DNA of 64,000 nt, taken from NCBI GenBank assembly GCA_041752695.1, contig JBGSVZ010000038.1:32001-96000 (forward strand), written 5' to 3'. The notes beneath the pieces were generated by a model that was not told the origin of the DNA, made no database searches, and worked only from the letters and a program-made list of their open reading frames with translations. Positions 29,596 to 39,494 of this stretch are shown in pieces. A program made the translations under genes and the position numbers. Numbering within the stretch: position 1 is the first letter of the stretch; each line of letters starts with the position of its first letter. Origin of the DNA: Terrimicrobiaceae bacterium. GTDB lineage: Bacteria; Verrucomicrobiota; Verrucomicrobiia; Chthoniobacterales; Terrimicrobiaceae.

Positions 29596-30410
29596 AAACC
29601 GTCCTGCTGGCCGGGGGCTTCGGCACCCGGCTCTCCGAATATACTGACGACATTCCGAAACCCATGGTCAAAGTGGGCGGACTTCCCATGCTCTGGCATA
29701 TCATGAGCATTTATTCCCACTTCGGGCACAACGACTTCCTCCTCGCCCTCGGCTACAAGGCGGAATATGTGAAGTCGTTTTTCCTGAACTACGAGACGCT
29801 CTACTCCGACTTTGTCCTGGATATGGGCAGCGGCAAAACCCGGGCCATCGAACGTCCTGCCGTGAACTGGAAGCTGGCGTTGATTGACACCGGTTTGCCG
29901 ACCATGACCGGCGGCCGAATCCGTCGCATGGCACCATGGATCGACGGTGAAACTTTCATGGCCACCTATGGCGACGGAGTTTCGGATATTGACATCGATG
30001 CCTTGATCAAATTCCACAAGAGCCATGGCAAGCTCGTCACCATGACGCTGGCCCGGCCGGCGGCCCGATTCGGCGCGGTGGATTTTGACGCGGACGGACG
30101 CGTGCGGTCCTTCAAGGAAAAACCTTTGGAGAGTGCCGGTTATGTGAACGCCGGATTTTTTGTGATGGAGCCCGAGTTCCTCGAATACATTGATTCCGAC
30201 ACCACCGTGCTGGAAAAAGAACCTCTCGAGCGCGCGGTGGCGGAGGGAGAGTTGATGGGTTTTGTCCACAATGGTTTCTGGCGGCCGATGGACACCAAAA
30301 AGGACGTGGAGGATCTGAATCGCATGTGGGTGGAGGACAAAGCGCCTTGGAAAATGTGGTCGCTGGAAAGCAGCAGTGCCCGTAAAGGAAGGGGAAGTCT
30401 CGATGTTTGA
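29592..30410 (+). CDS. rfbF: glucose-1-phosphate cytidylyltransferase
   Basis: LAGGFGTRLSE, PKPMV, DTG..TMTGGR, TYGDG, GFWRPMDT. Confidence 0.95.
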   Translation: MKTVLLAGGFGTRLSEYTDDIPKPMVKVGGLPMLWHIMSIYSHFGHNDFLLALGYKAEYVKSFFLNYETLYSDFVLDMGSGKTRAIERPAVNWKLALIDTGLPTMTGGRIRRMAPWIDGETFMATYGDGVSDIDIDALIKFHKSHGKLVTMTLARPAARFGAVDFDADGRVRSFKEKPLESAGYVNAGFFVMEPEFLEYIDSDTTVLEKEPLERAVAEGELMGFVHNGFWRPMDTKKDVEDLNRMWVEDKAPWKMWSLESSSARKGRGSLDV

Positions 30411-31476
30411 TCAAATTTACAAGGGCAAGCGTTTGCTGATAACCGGGCACACGGGGTTTAAAGGATCCTGGCTTAGCGAATGGCTGATCGGCCTGGGTGC
30501 GGAGGTCAGCGGGTTTGCCCTGGCCCCAGCCTACGAAAACAGCCACTTCGAGTTGCTCGGGCTCAAGGACCGGATGCGGCACTTTGAGGGCGATTTGCGG
30601 GATGATGAAGCCATCGGGCGGGTGATGGATGAGGTGAAACCGGAGATCGTGTTTCACCTCGCGGCCCAGGCGCTCGTTCGCGAGGCTTACGCCAATCCCA
30701 AAGCCACCTTTGACACGAACATGGGTGGGGCGGTCAACCTGCTAGAAGCCATCCGCAAGTCGTCCAGCGTGCGCACCTTGGTCTTCATCACCTCCGACAA
30801 ATGTTACCGCAACGTGGATTGGGAGTGGGGGTATCGCGAGACGGACATCCTGGGCGGGCGTGACCCCTACAGCGCTTCCAAGGGTGGCGCAGAAATCGTC
30901 TTCGACGCCTACTGGAATTCCTTTCTCAAAGGAAAAATCCGCGCTGCATCGACGCGCGCGGGTAATGTGATCGGTGGCGGCGATTGGGCCAAGGACCGCC
31001 TCATCCCGGATTGCGTCCGCTTCCTCCGCGCCAACGAAACCATTGTGATCCGCAGTCCGGATGCCACTCGGCCGTGGCAGCATGTGCTCGAGCCTCTCGG
31101 CGGTTACCTCCTGCTCGGCTGCCGACTGGAAGGCACGGACGGCGACGCCTTTTGCACGAGTTGGAATCTTGGCCCCGGACACAGCGCCAATCGTACCGTC
31201 GAGGAAGTGGTGCGCAAGGTCATCGCCCTCTGGGGGGGCGGCGAGCTTTCCGTCCAGAAGGACCCCAACGCACCTCATGAGGACCACTGGCTGCAGCTCA
31301 ACACCGACCGGGCCAGTCATTACCTCAAATGGGAACCTGTCTGGACCTACCCGGAATCGATTGGCGAAACGGTTCGCTGGTATCGCGCCTGGCACGATGG
31401 AGCAGATATGGCCAGTGTGACGCGGGAACAGATCGCTGCCTACCAGAAGGCCTGGCAGGACCTCGGGCGGCCATGA
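30403..31476 (+). CDS. rfbG: CDP-glucose 4,6-dehydratase
   Basis: TGHTGFKGSWL, HLAAQALV, TSDKCY, DPYSASK, RAGNVIGGGDW, RPWQHVLEPL. Confidence 0.96.
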   Translation: MFDQIYKGKRLLITGHTGFKGSWLSEWLIGLGAEVSGFALAPAYENSHFELLGLKDRMRHFEGDLRDDEAIGRVMDEVKPEIVFHLAAQALVREAYANPKATFDTNMGGAVNLLEAIRKSSSVRTLVFITSDKCYRNVDWEWGYRETDILGGRDPYSASKGGAEIVFDAYWNSFLKGKIRAASTRAGNVIGGGDWAKDRLIPDCVRFLRANETIVIRSPDATRPWQHVLEPLGGYLLLGCRLEGTDGDAFCTSWNLGPGHSANRTVEEVVRKVIALWGGGELSVQKDPNAPHEDHWLQLNTDRASHYLKWEPVWTYPESIGETVRWYRAWHDGADMASVTREQIAAYQKAWQDLGRP

Positions 31477-31901
31477 TCGACGGGGTCACGCTGCGGCCAC
31501 TGCGGCAGTTTCCCGACGACCGCGGCGCGGTCCTGCACATGCTGCGGTCGAGCGACGCGCACTTTGAAAAATTCGGGGAGGTGTATTTTTCCACGGTCCG
31601 CCGAGGAGCGATCAAAGCCTGGCATCGCCACACCCGCAAGACCGTCAACCTCGTCGTCCCCATCGGGATGCTCCGTTTTGTTCTGTGGTCGGAAGGTGGA
31701 GAGGCTCGGGAGTTGCTTCTGGGCCGCGAAAACTACCAGCTTCTGACCATTCGACCGGGCATCTGGTACGGCTTCCAAGGCCTCGCCGAGGGCGAGTCTC
31801 TCGTCGCCAACTGCGCCACGGAACCCTTCGATCCCGACGAGGGCGAAAACCTGCCCGTCGAGACGGACCGGATTCCTTTTGTGTGGCCGGCCGTACCCTG
31901 A
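31473..31901 (+). CDS. NDP-4-keto-6-deoxysugar 3,5-epimerase-like cupin (RmlC family)
   Basis: MIDGV, DDRG, FGEVYFS, KAWHRH, PGIWYGF. Confidence 0.9.
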   Translation: MIDGVTLRPLRQFPDDRGAVLHMLRSSDAHFEKFGEVYFSTVRRGAIKAWHRHTRKTVNLVVPIGMLRFVLWSEGGEARELLLGRENYQLLTIRPGIWYGFQGLAEGESLVANCATEPFDPDEGENLPVETDRIPFVWPAVP

Positions 31902-31915
31902 TCGTACCATGACGG

Positions 31916-34828
31916 TCAGGCTTGGGCAACCAGGGGGACGAGGAAATTCCGATACATTTCGGAAATCCGCTCGGGGTATTCCTGAAAAAGCGCGTGCCCG
32001 GCTTCCGGGAGAATCTGCAATTCACTGCGGCTGAGTTTTTCCGCCGCAAGGTGGGCGCCGGAAACATCCTTGAAGCGGTCTTCCTCCCCCCAGACGATCA
32101 GGGTGGGGCAGGTGATCTGATCGAGGTACTTGTCCAGCAGGAGATCGTCTTTTTTCACGATGTCATAGACGGCGATGTGCGCGTCGTAACAGGCAATTTC
32201 GTCGCGTCCAATTTCGTCGAGCCGATCTTGCAAAACCCTTGGTTTCACCCGGAAGAGGAAGTCGATTTTCTGGTGAAACTCCTCCAGGGTTTTCGGCACG
32301 GAAATATTCACGCCGGCGGCCGCCAGTTTTTCCACCTCACTGACCTTCGGGCAGGTGATGGACGGAGGTCCGAGGAAGGCCAGTGACAAGGCTTTTTGCG
32401 GAAATTTTGCCGCGTAGATTCCGGCCAGGGAAGCGCCCATGGAATTCCCCGCGATGTGGAAGTGTTCCCGCTCGAGACGGACAAAGAACGCATCCAACAG
32501 CTCGATCACTTTGTCGAAGCGGTAGGAGGAAACCGGGTAGCCCGTGCTTCGGCCGAACCCCGGAAGGTCCGGGATGATCACCTCGTAGAAAGGGGCCAGG
32601 TAGGCGGCAAATTCGTAACAATGTTCCTTTTTGCCAAACAAGCCGTGCAGTAAGACGACGGTCGGACCGTGACCGATTCGGGCGTAATGGATATCTCCGT
32701 CGCCGACCGGACACTTTTCTTCGACAAACCTTTCCACCGGTTGACCCTCGGTCAGGTCAATCGAGCGGACATCGCAGTTGTCGCTGATATACGCGGCAAT
32801 TTTTCGCGGCGTTTTCAGGTCGGAAATCGTGTCGAGAGTGCAGGCCACCGGGAACGCGCGGGCAATTTTTGAACTCAACAACGTTGCGGCGAGGGAGAAG
32901 CCGCCCAGATCAAAAAAGCTCTCCTCGGCGCTGGCCTGATCGAGGTTGAGAATGTCCGAAAACAACTGGCAGATCTTCGCCTCGACGGGATTGGCCGGGG
33001 CGACAAACTCCCGGCCGTCGGTGCCGGTCCGCCGGTTGTGCTGTTTCACCCTCTGGAGGATCTTGGGCGGTGTATTCAAGTCCGAGGCGATTTCCAGCAG
33101 CGCGGAGCGAACCTTCCCGGTGTCCGGCTCAACCTTGCTTTTCTTTTCTTCTTTCGGGCTTTTTTCTGCCGGGTTTTCAGCGTTGTCGCTGGGCGCGGCG
33201 TCCGCCTTGAACTCAAGCGCGGCCGCCTGGTCGGACGACAGGAGGTATCGCGTGGTCCCTTCCTTCTCGGTTTTGCGATCAACGGGGAGAGACTCCAGAA
33301 AGTTGGCGATCGGTTTGTTCCGCGGGGAGGGGATGAACTCGATTTGAACCCATTTCGCACCGTGTTCCCTGGCGCATTCCCCCATGTCCTGGACCATGCG
33401 AAACTCCACCCCGCGGCTCATTGCGCGACAGCTCATTAGGAAGGCATGAATGATCAGGGTGTCTTCGACGTAGGCACCCGTCACGAGACCCACGATTCCG
33501 TAGTCTCCGAAACGATCACTGACCGTCGTGTGCCGGCAGAACCCTGACTCATCTTTCACGAGTGCTACGAGATCCGCCTCCGTGTACCTCTGGGCGGTGC
33601 TATTGAACTGATTCGTACGCTGGGACAGTTGCGCCAGTCGCGCAATCATGGTTTCGGCCGGATTCTCGATCTCGATCTTTAAATCCAGCGAAGCGATGTA
33701 CTCCTGCAAGGAGCTGGCCTGGGAATGCTGCTGCTCCCGCTTGGCGTTCTCCTTGTAAAACGCATTGCGTTCCTTGTCCTCGGCCGTCACCCGCGCGCGG
33801 TCGAAGACCCACAGATGCCGGATAAACTGCGGGATGCTGGTGATGTCCGCCGGGAGGCAGATACTGAAGACCTCCGGGCAATGGAGTTCAATCTCGTTGC
33901 ACTCGGCGGCTGAGTCGTCAAGGAAGACAAAGCTGTCCAAACCCAGATTTAACTCCTTTCCGAGCGATCGGAGGTTGGCGTGTTTGGGTTCCCAGTTGAC
34001 GCGGTGGGTCGCCACGTCGTCCCAGGAAAGAACCATCCCGTCATTCTGGCTGAAGACCTCTTCGACCGTGCTCAGTTCATTTTTGCTGCACAGACAAAGA
34101 ACCATTCCCTCGTCCTTCTTGGCCGCAAAAAAGCTCTGCAAGAAACGGGCGGGTTCGTCCACCGTGACGTGATGGCCGACCTCGCCGGCGATGCCCCGCC
34201 ACAGGGTTTCGTCGCAATCGGTGGCGATCACTTTGAAGGGTTTCGAGGTGATCGCGAAAATCTTGCGCGCCAGCATGGCGCCGAGCGCGGCAAAATATTC
34301 CTCCGTGTAGGGGATGTGGCCGGCTTTGTCGGTTTGCGGATCGTAGTAATCCTCCACCGGATAAAGCGCGTCGATCTCTCCGGACTTAATGAAAAAGACA
34401 TTTTTGACGTCGCGGAGTTTCGCGCTGAAAAGATTCTCGAATTCCTCATGCAGCCGAAGGTCCGCCGGGCAGTTGCGCACGGCAGGAGACGGTGCCGCGA
34501 CGGCCACCAGAAACGGCACCGGATGCGGAATACTGGCCAGGCCCTGCAGAAGGTCGTTGGCGTTTTTCTCCAACACCTCGCGCGCCTCGGAGAACGCGAG
34601 GTGGCCTTTTTGATAATGAAGCCAGTCTTCGAACCTCAGGAGGAGGATGTTGACACCATCCCGGTTGGTGCGAAGCAGGCTGCCAGGGTTAAGCAGTTCC
34701 TGAAAAATCTGATTATAGGCCGCGAATGCGATCTCCGCATCATACCCGATTTTTTCGAGGAGGTATTTCAGGGACGGCTCGATGACTTCGACCGTGAACG
34801 AGGACGAGATTGCGACGGCTTTCTTCAT
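31916..34828 (-). CDS. FkbH-like (HAD-IIIC + acyltransferase) - carrier domain - alpha/beta hydrolase multidomain protein
   Basis: DCDETLW (about 34219), SKN, FLDD, RTNQFN, DRFGDYG, MSCR (Cys about 33430); carrier FFDLGGFSL (Ser about 32896); hydrolase HG, DLPGFG, GNSMG, WGEED, AGH. Confidence 0.92.
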   Translation of the reverse strand: MKKAVAISSSFTVEVIEPSLKYLLEKIGYDAEIAFAAYNQIFQELLNPGSLLRTNRDGVNILLLRFEDWLHYQKGHLAFSEAREVLEKNANDLLQGLASIPHPVPFLVAVAAPSPAVRNCPADLRLHEEFENLFSAKLRDVKNVFFIKSGEIDALYPVEDYYDPQTDKAGHIPYTEEYFAALGAMLARKIFAITSKPFKVIATDCDETLWRGIAGEVGHHVTVDEPARFLQSFFAAKKDEGMVLCLCSKNELSTVEEVFSQNDGMVLSWDDVATHRVNWEPKHANLRSLGKELNLGLDSFVFLDDSAAECNEIELHCPEVFSICLPADITSIPQFIRHLWVFDRARVTAEDKERNAFYKENAKREQQHSQASSLQEYIASLDLKIEIENPAETMIARLAQLSQRTNQFNSTAQRYTEADLVALVKDESGFCRHTTVSDRFGDYGIVGLVTGAYVEDTLIIHAFLMSCRAMSRGVEFRMVQDMGECAREHGAKWVQIEFIPSPRNKPIANFLESLPVDRKTEKEGTTRYLLSSDQAAALEFKADAAPSDNAENPAEKSPKEEKKSKVEPDTGKVRSALLEIASDLNTPPKILQRVKQHNRRTGTDGREFVAPANPVEAKICQLFSDILNLDQASAEESFFDLGGFSLAATLLSSKIARAFPVACTLDTISDLKTPRKIAAYISDNCDVRSIDLTEGQPVERFVEEKCPVGDGDIHYARIGHGPTVVLLHGLFGKKEHCYEFAAYLAPFYEVIIPDLPGFGRSTGYPVSSYRFDKVIELLDAFFVRLEREHFHIAGNSMGASLAGIYAAKFPQKALSLAFLGPPSITCPKVSEVEKLAAAGVNISVPKTLEEFHQKIDFLFRVKPRVLQDRLDEIGRDEIACYDAHIAVYDIVKKDDLLLDKYLDQITCPTLIVWGEEDRFKDVSGAHLAAEKLSRSELQILPEAGHALFQEYPERISEMYRNFLVPLVAQA

Positions 34829-34956
34829 GTTGCAAGACGGACGACTCCGGTTGCGCAGCTCTACCCCGCCGCCTGGCGCGTTTCAATGCAAAACGCCGCC
34901 GGGGTTTCATGGTTTTTCCTCGCAAAAATTCGCGATCGCGGCACTCTTGCCAGCCC

Positions 34957-35868
34957 ATGTCTGTCTTAATTGTTGGCTCTATCGCGCTGGATGACATCAA
35001 AACCCCCATCGAGGAGCACCAAAACCTTCTGGGAGGATCCGCCTCCTATGGTGCCGTTGCGGCGAGTTTTTTCAGTCCGGTCAATCTTGTAGGAATTGTC
35101 GGAACCGACTTCCCCAAGGAACATATGGAGTTGTTTCAATCCAAACAAATCGACCTTTCGGGACTACAAGTCGTGGAAGGGCAAACGTTTCGCTGGTCGG
35201 GCGAATACATGTGGGATCTGAACACCCGGGAAACGCGGTCCATTGCCCTAAACGTTTTCGAGCATTTCAGCCCCGTGCTGCCGGAAAATTACAAGGACAC
35301 TCCGATTGTCCTGCTCGCGAATATCGCGCCCGAACTTCAGCATCATGTGCTCGATCAGGTGAGGCTGCCGCGGTTTGTCATCGCAGACACGATGGATCTC
35401 TGGATCAACATCGCCAAGGACCGTCTGGTCGAGCTTCTCGCCCGCGTGCACATGCTCATTTTGAATGACGGTGAAGCCCGCCAATTGACGGGTGAAACAA
35501 GCCTGATTCGGGCGGGGAATATGCTTCGGGGGATGGGCCCTGAATATGTCGCCGTCAAGAAAGGTGAGCACGGTTGCCTGCTTTTTGGACCGGACGGTCA
35601 GTTTTTCAGTTGTCCAGCCTACCCTTTGGAAGACATTCATGATCCGACCGGGGCCGGTGACACATTTGCAGGTGGCCTCGCCGGGTACCTTGCCAAAGCC
35701 GACGGGGGTGAAGTGACCTTTGATGCGCTGCGCAAAGCCGTCGTCTATGGCAGCGCGCTTGCCAGTTACAACGTGGAAGCTTTCAGCCTGGAGCGTTTGA
35801 AAACCGTCACCCTCCCTTTGATCGAGGAACGTTACGAGACGTTCCGCCGCATGAGCCGCATCGCCTAG
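34957..35868 (+). CDS. PfkB family carbohydrate kinase
   Basis: VGSIALD, LGGSA, KKGEHG, DPTGAGDTFAGG. Confidence 0.93.
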   Translation: MSVLIVGSIALDDIKTPIEEHQNLLGGSASYGAVAASFFSPVNLVGIVGTDFPKEHMELFQSKQIDLSGLQVVEGQTFRWSGEYMWDLNTRETRSIALNVFEHFSPVLPENYKDTPIVLLANIAPELQHHVLDQVRLPRFVIADTMDLWINIAKDRLVELLARVHMLILNDGEARQLTGETSLIRAGNMLRGMGPEYVAVKKGEHGCLLFGPDGQFFSCPAYPLEDIHDPTGAGDTFAGGLAGYLAKADGGEVTFDALRKAVVYGSALASYNVEAFSLERLKTVTLPLIEERYETFRRMSRIA

Positions 35869-35878
35869 GGGTACCCGC

Positions 35879-36430
35879 TTAATTTGTCTGCGGGGTCGCG
35901 GCTGGGTTTGTTCCCGGAGTCGCCTCAGGCGTCGCCGTGGGTGTGACTGTAGGGATGGGAGGTGCCGTGGGGCTCGGTGTCATCCCGGGCGTTGGCCCAG
36001 CGTTGATCTCAGGGTTTGTGGCGTTCCGACCGGGGGTGGGCATTCCGGAAGGGATCCCGGGAGCGGCGGGGCGGATCCCATCGGGACTGGCATCGGTGGA
36101 ACCGGGTCGCCCCGAATTTCCTCCGGATGCCGTGGAGCCCCCGGCGCTGCCGGATTGGGGATTTATCGTTCCCTGCTGGTTGGAAGTCCCTTGCTGATTC
36201 GAGGAGTTCTGTTGGTTGGAAGTGCCTTGCTGATTCGAGGTGTTCTGTTGGTTGGAGGTGCCTTGCTGGGTGGTGGTGTTTTGTTGGCCACCTGATCCCG
36301 AGGATGCTCCGGAGCCTCCGGGAGCCCCACTGCCAGCACCGGCAGCGGAGTTTCCGCTTTGTTGAGCAAATACAATGGCCGGAAGGAGGAACGCCGAGGC
36401 GACGAGGGAGTGAGAAAGGGTTCTTTTCAT
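35879..36430 (-). CDS. secreted low-complexity Gln/Ser/Pro/Thr-rich protein
   Basis: signal [24 protein letters not shown](G/N)(T/S)SN repeats, PT-rich tail. Confidence 0.75.
   Translation of the reverse strand: MKRTLSHSLVASAFLLPAIVFAQQSGNSAAGAGSGAPGGSGASSGSGGQQNTTTQQGTSNQQNTSNQQGTSNQQNSSNQQGTSNQQGTINPQSGSAGGSTASGGNSGRPGSTDASPDGIRPAAPGIPSGMPTPGRNATNPEINAGPTPGMTPSPTAPPIPTVTPTATPEATPGTNPAATPQTN
36173..36268. repeat. coding tandem repeat, 36 bp (2 x 18 bp) x about 2.7
   Basis: CTG(C/T)TGGTTGGA(A/G)GT(C/G)CCTTGCTGATTCGAGG(A/T)GTT units with no spacers. Confidence 0.85.
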
Positions 36431-36518
36431 ACCCTCACATCGAAACAAGTGCTCTGTCCGGCCCTCAGGATGGGCTCTCGTCCTCGTATCAGGCGACCCC
36501 GAGCTGCATGATCACCGT

Positions 36519-36896
36519 TCAAAGGTTCCGGCAGATGGTTTCAAGTTTTGCGAAGTCTACCGGCTTGAGGAGCCAGGCGTCGAATCCCGCAGCCTCAGCC
36601 CGATCCTGGAGGTCCGAGGCATCCCATCCTGTAACGGCGACAAGGTGGGTTTTGGCTCCCCAAGGTTGGGCCCGGATCACCCCGCATGTGTCGTATCCGT
36701 CCAATTTCGGCATGCTGATATCGAGCAACAAAAGGTCGGGTTGAAAGCTCGTGGCCTTGCGCAAGCCTTCAATGCCGTCAAAGGCGACCTCTGTGTCGTA
36801 GCCGAAGGTTCGCAGCATCAGTTCCAAGCCACGGGCCGCGTCTTCGTTGTCGTCGACCACCAAGGCTTTCCGGCGGGGGAGGGATGTTTCTGTCAT
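36519..36896 (-). CDS. single-domain response regulator
   Basis: [28 protein letters not shown]. Confidence 0.9.
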   Translation of the reverse strand: MTETSLPRRKALVVDDNEDAARGLELMLRTFGYDTEVAFDGIEGLRKATSFQPDLLLLDISMPKLDGYDTCGVIRAQPWGAKTHLVAVTGWDASDLQDRAEAAGFDAWLLKPVDFAKLETICRNL

Positions 36897-37016
36897 AGGG
36901 TTGGTCTCGGGGACTCCACTTTTACGGATTTCGCCGGGACAGCGGATGGGTGGAAAATTCACCCATCCGATTCTCCGGTTGGTTCCGATATCTCCGTGAA
37001 ACTTCGAAAGGATATC

Positions 37017-37181
37017 ATGCTACATTACACCATCGTTTTTCTTGTCGTTGCGATCATCGCCGGACTTCTCGGCTTTGTGGGCATCGCGGGTCTGGCCGCC
37101 GAAATTGCCAAGGTTCTGTTTTTTGTCTTTCTCGTGCTGTTCATCGTTTCGCTCATCAAGGGGCGCCGTCCTTCGGCCTAG
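37017..37181 (+). CDS. DUF1328 small membrane protein
   Basis: [33 protein letters not shown]. Confidence 0.9.
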   Translation: MLHYTIVFLVVAIIAGLLGFVGIAGLAAEIAKVLFFVFLVLFIVSLIKGRRPSA

Positions 37182-37208
37182 ACCGAAACAAAAAAGCCCG
37201 TTCCGCCA

Positions 37209-37230
37209 GCGCCGGACCTAGGTCCGGCGC
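37209..37230. repeat. perfect 22-bp palindrome
   Basis: GCGCCGGACCTAGGTCCGGCGC, intergenic. Confidence 0.7.
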
Positions 37231-37248
37231 CGGGAGATCCGCACGCTG

Positions 37249-38295
37249 ATGAAAATCTTTCACTGCACCTCGTGTGATGCCCTCGTCTATTTCGAGAATT
37301 CGCAATGCGTAAGTTGCCAGAGCGTTCTGGCTTACCTGCCTGACCTGGGAGTAATGGGTGCTCTCCGGGCCGGATCGGATGGCAACTGGACGGAGGCCAG
37401 GAACGGCCGGTCTTTTCGGCTCTGTGCCAACTACAGAACTGAAAATGTCTGCAATTGGGCACTGCCCACCGAGGAACCTGCCGAGTATTGCCTCTCCTGC
37501 CGGTTGAATCGAACTATTCCCGACCTTTCCCTTCCCGCCAACCGTGAGGCTTGGGCGCGGGTGGAGTTAGCCAAACGCCGCATGGTTTACGGCCTGCTGG
37601 CGATGGGGCTTCCCGTCGTGCCGAAAACCATCGACCTCGAGCGTGGCGTGACTTTTGAGTTTCTGAGCGACGACCCACTTTCGGGGACCTCGGTCCTGAC
37701 CGGCCACGATGAGGGTGTGATTGTGCTGAATGTCGTCGAGGCGGACGATGCCGAGCGGGAAAAACGCCGCCATGATCTGGGAGAGCCCTATCGGACCCTG
37801 GTCGGCCACTTTCGCCACGAGATTGGTCACTACTACTGGGACCGGCTCATCAGGGACAGCCCCCGCCTTCCCGCCTTTCGGAATCTTTTTGGTGACGAGA
37901 CATTTGGCTACGAGGAGGCGTTGAAAATCCATTACGCCCAAGGCGCGCCTCCCGATTGGCAGACGCGGTTTATCAGTTCCTATGCCAGCATGCATCCCTG
38001 GGAGGATTGGGCGGAAACCTGGGCGCATTACATGCACATGACCGATACGCTGGAAACCGCTGCCGCCTGTGGCCTTTCTCTCGTCCCAAACCGGCCGGAC
38101 GAACCGAGCCTTCAAGCGTCCGAGGACCATCCGACTTTTGGGGCCATGATCGCGAACTGGTTTCCGCTCACCCACGTTCTTAACAATCTCAATCGTGGAC
38201 TGGGCCTGGCGGACGGCTACCCGTTTGTCCTGTCGGCTCCGGCGATCGAAAAGCTGGGCTTCGTCCACGACACAATCCTCGAATCGCGCAGTTAG
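37249..38295 (+). CDS. zinc-ribbon plus putative zinc metallopeptidase (DUF2248-like)
   Basis: N-terminal Cys clusters, TGH..G, EPYRTLVGHFRHEIGHYYW, HPWEDWAETWAHY. Confidence 0.9.
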   Translation: MKIFHCTSCDALVYFENSQCVSCQSVLAYLPDLGVMGALRAGSDGNWTEARNGRSFRLCANYRTENVCNWALPTEEPAEYCLSCRLNRTIPDLSLPANREAWARVELAKRRMVYGLLAMGLPVVPKTIDLERGVTFEFLSDDPLSGTSVLTGHDEGVIVLNVVEADDAEREKRRHDLGEPYRTLVGHFRHEIGHYYWDRLIRDSPRLPAFRNLFGDETFGYEEALKIHYAQGAPPDWQTRFISSYASMHPWEDWAETWAHYMHMTDTLETAAACGLSLVPNRPDEPSLQASEDHPTFGAMIANWFPLTHVLNNLNRGLGLADGYPFVLSAPAIEKLGFVHDTILESRS

Positions 38296-38364
38296 TGGGT
38301 TCTCATGCGAGGCGCGCAACAATTTTGCGCTTGCCCGTTCCCCAAAGAAAAATAGGTTCCCTGC

Positions 38365-38886
38365 ATGAGTCAAACCAACCCAATCGCCTACGATTCGAAG
38401 GTCGAGGGGAATGTCATTTTCACCCGGGTCGATGCCGCGATTAACTGGATGCGCGGCAATTCCCTTTGGCCGATGCCGATGGGCCTGGCCTGTTGCGCCA
38501 TCGAGCTTATGGCGGCTTCGTCGTCGCGTTACGATATTTCGCGGTTCGGCGCGGAGGTCATGCGGTTTTCCCCGCGCCAGAGTGATGTCATGATCGTCGC
38601 CGGCACGGTCACCTACAAAATGGCCTACGCGGTGAAGCGGATCTGGGACCAGATGCCTGAGCCCAAATGGTGCATCGCCATGGGGGCATGCGCTTCCAGT
38701 GGGGGCATGTATCGCAGCTACGCCGTGTTGCAGGGCATCGATAATTTGATTCCGGTGGACGTGTATATTTCCGGATGCCCGCCGCGTCCGGAAGCTTTGT
38801 TGGACGGTTTGATGAGATTGCAGCACAAGATCATGGGCGAGCATGCCGTGGAGGATCAGAAACGCGCTTTGGCCGAGACCCTATGA
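38365..38886 (+). CDS. nuoB: NADH-quinone oxidoreductase subunit B
   Basis: [33 protein letters not shown]. Confidence 0.97.
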   Translation: MSQTNPIAYDSKVEGNVIFTRVDAAINWMRGNSLWPMPMGLACCAIELMAASSSRYDISRFGAEVMRFSPRQSDVMIVAGTVTYKMAYAVKRIWDQMPEPKWCIAMGACASSGGMYRSYAVLQGIDNLIPVDVYISGCPPRPEALLDGLMRLQHKIMGEHAVEDQKRALAETL

Positions 38887-39494
38887 CCGCCAACGATATT
38901 GTCAGCCGGCTGAGGGAAAAGTTTGCCAACGACATTCTGGCGGAAAATGATTTCCGCGGGGAAAAGTCGCTTTCGCTCAAGATGGAAAGCCTGGTGGATG
39001 TCTGCCGGTGCTGCCGCGACGAGCTGGGGTTCGACTACCTCGTGGACATTACGAGTCTGGATCATTTTGGCGAATACCCGCGCTACGAAATGGTTTATGA
39101 ACTGTATTCGATGGCGAGCGGGGTGCATCTGCGCCTGAAGGCCTTGGTGGCCGATGAGGCCCGCCCGTCCGTTCCGTCGGTGTCCTCGCTTTGGCCCACC
39201 GCCGACTGGCACGAGCGCGAGGCCTATGACATGATGGGAATCACCTTCGAGGGACATCCGGATCTGCGCCGCATTTTGATGTGGGACGGTTATCCCTTCT
39301 ATCCCCTGCGCAAAGATTTTCCGTTGCAGGGCAAGCCCAGCGACGTTCCGGACGTGGCCTTCACCCAGCCGGCCCCGCTGGCGGGCGGGCCGTTTGTCAC
39401 CATTCCGACCGACGGCACCACCCAGGTGCGCGAGCCGCGCGCCCGTCGCGCCGGGGACGAGCCGCTTCACGATAAATTCATCGCCGAACCTTGA
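38883..39494 (+). CDS. nuoC: NADH-quinone oxidoreductase subunit C
   Basis: [37 protein letters not shown] overlap. Confidence 0.95.
   Translation: MTANDIVSRLREKFANDILAENDFRGEKSLSLKMESLVDVCRCCRDELGFDYLVDITSLDHFGEYPRYEMVYELYSMASGVHLRLKALVADEARPSVPSVSSLWPTADWHEREAYDMMGITFEGHPDLRRILMWDGYPFYPLRKDFPLQGKPSDVPDVAFTQPAPLAGGPFVTIPTDGTTQVREPRARRAGDEPLHDKFIAEP

Noticed and set aside
36173..36268. CRISPR-like 36-bp repeats
   Set aside because: Units are directly tandem with no spacers, are in frame within a CDS, and no cas genes are nearby
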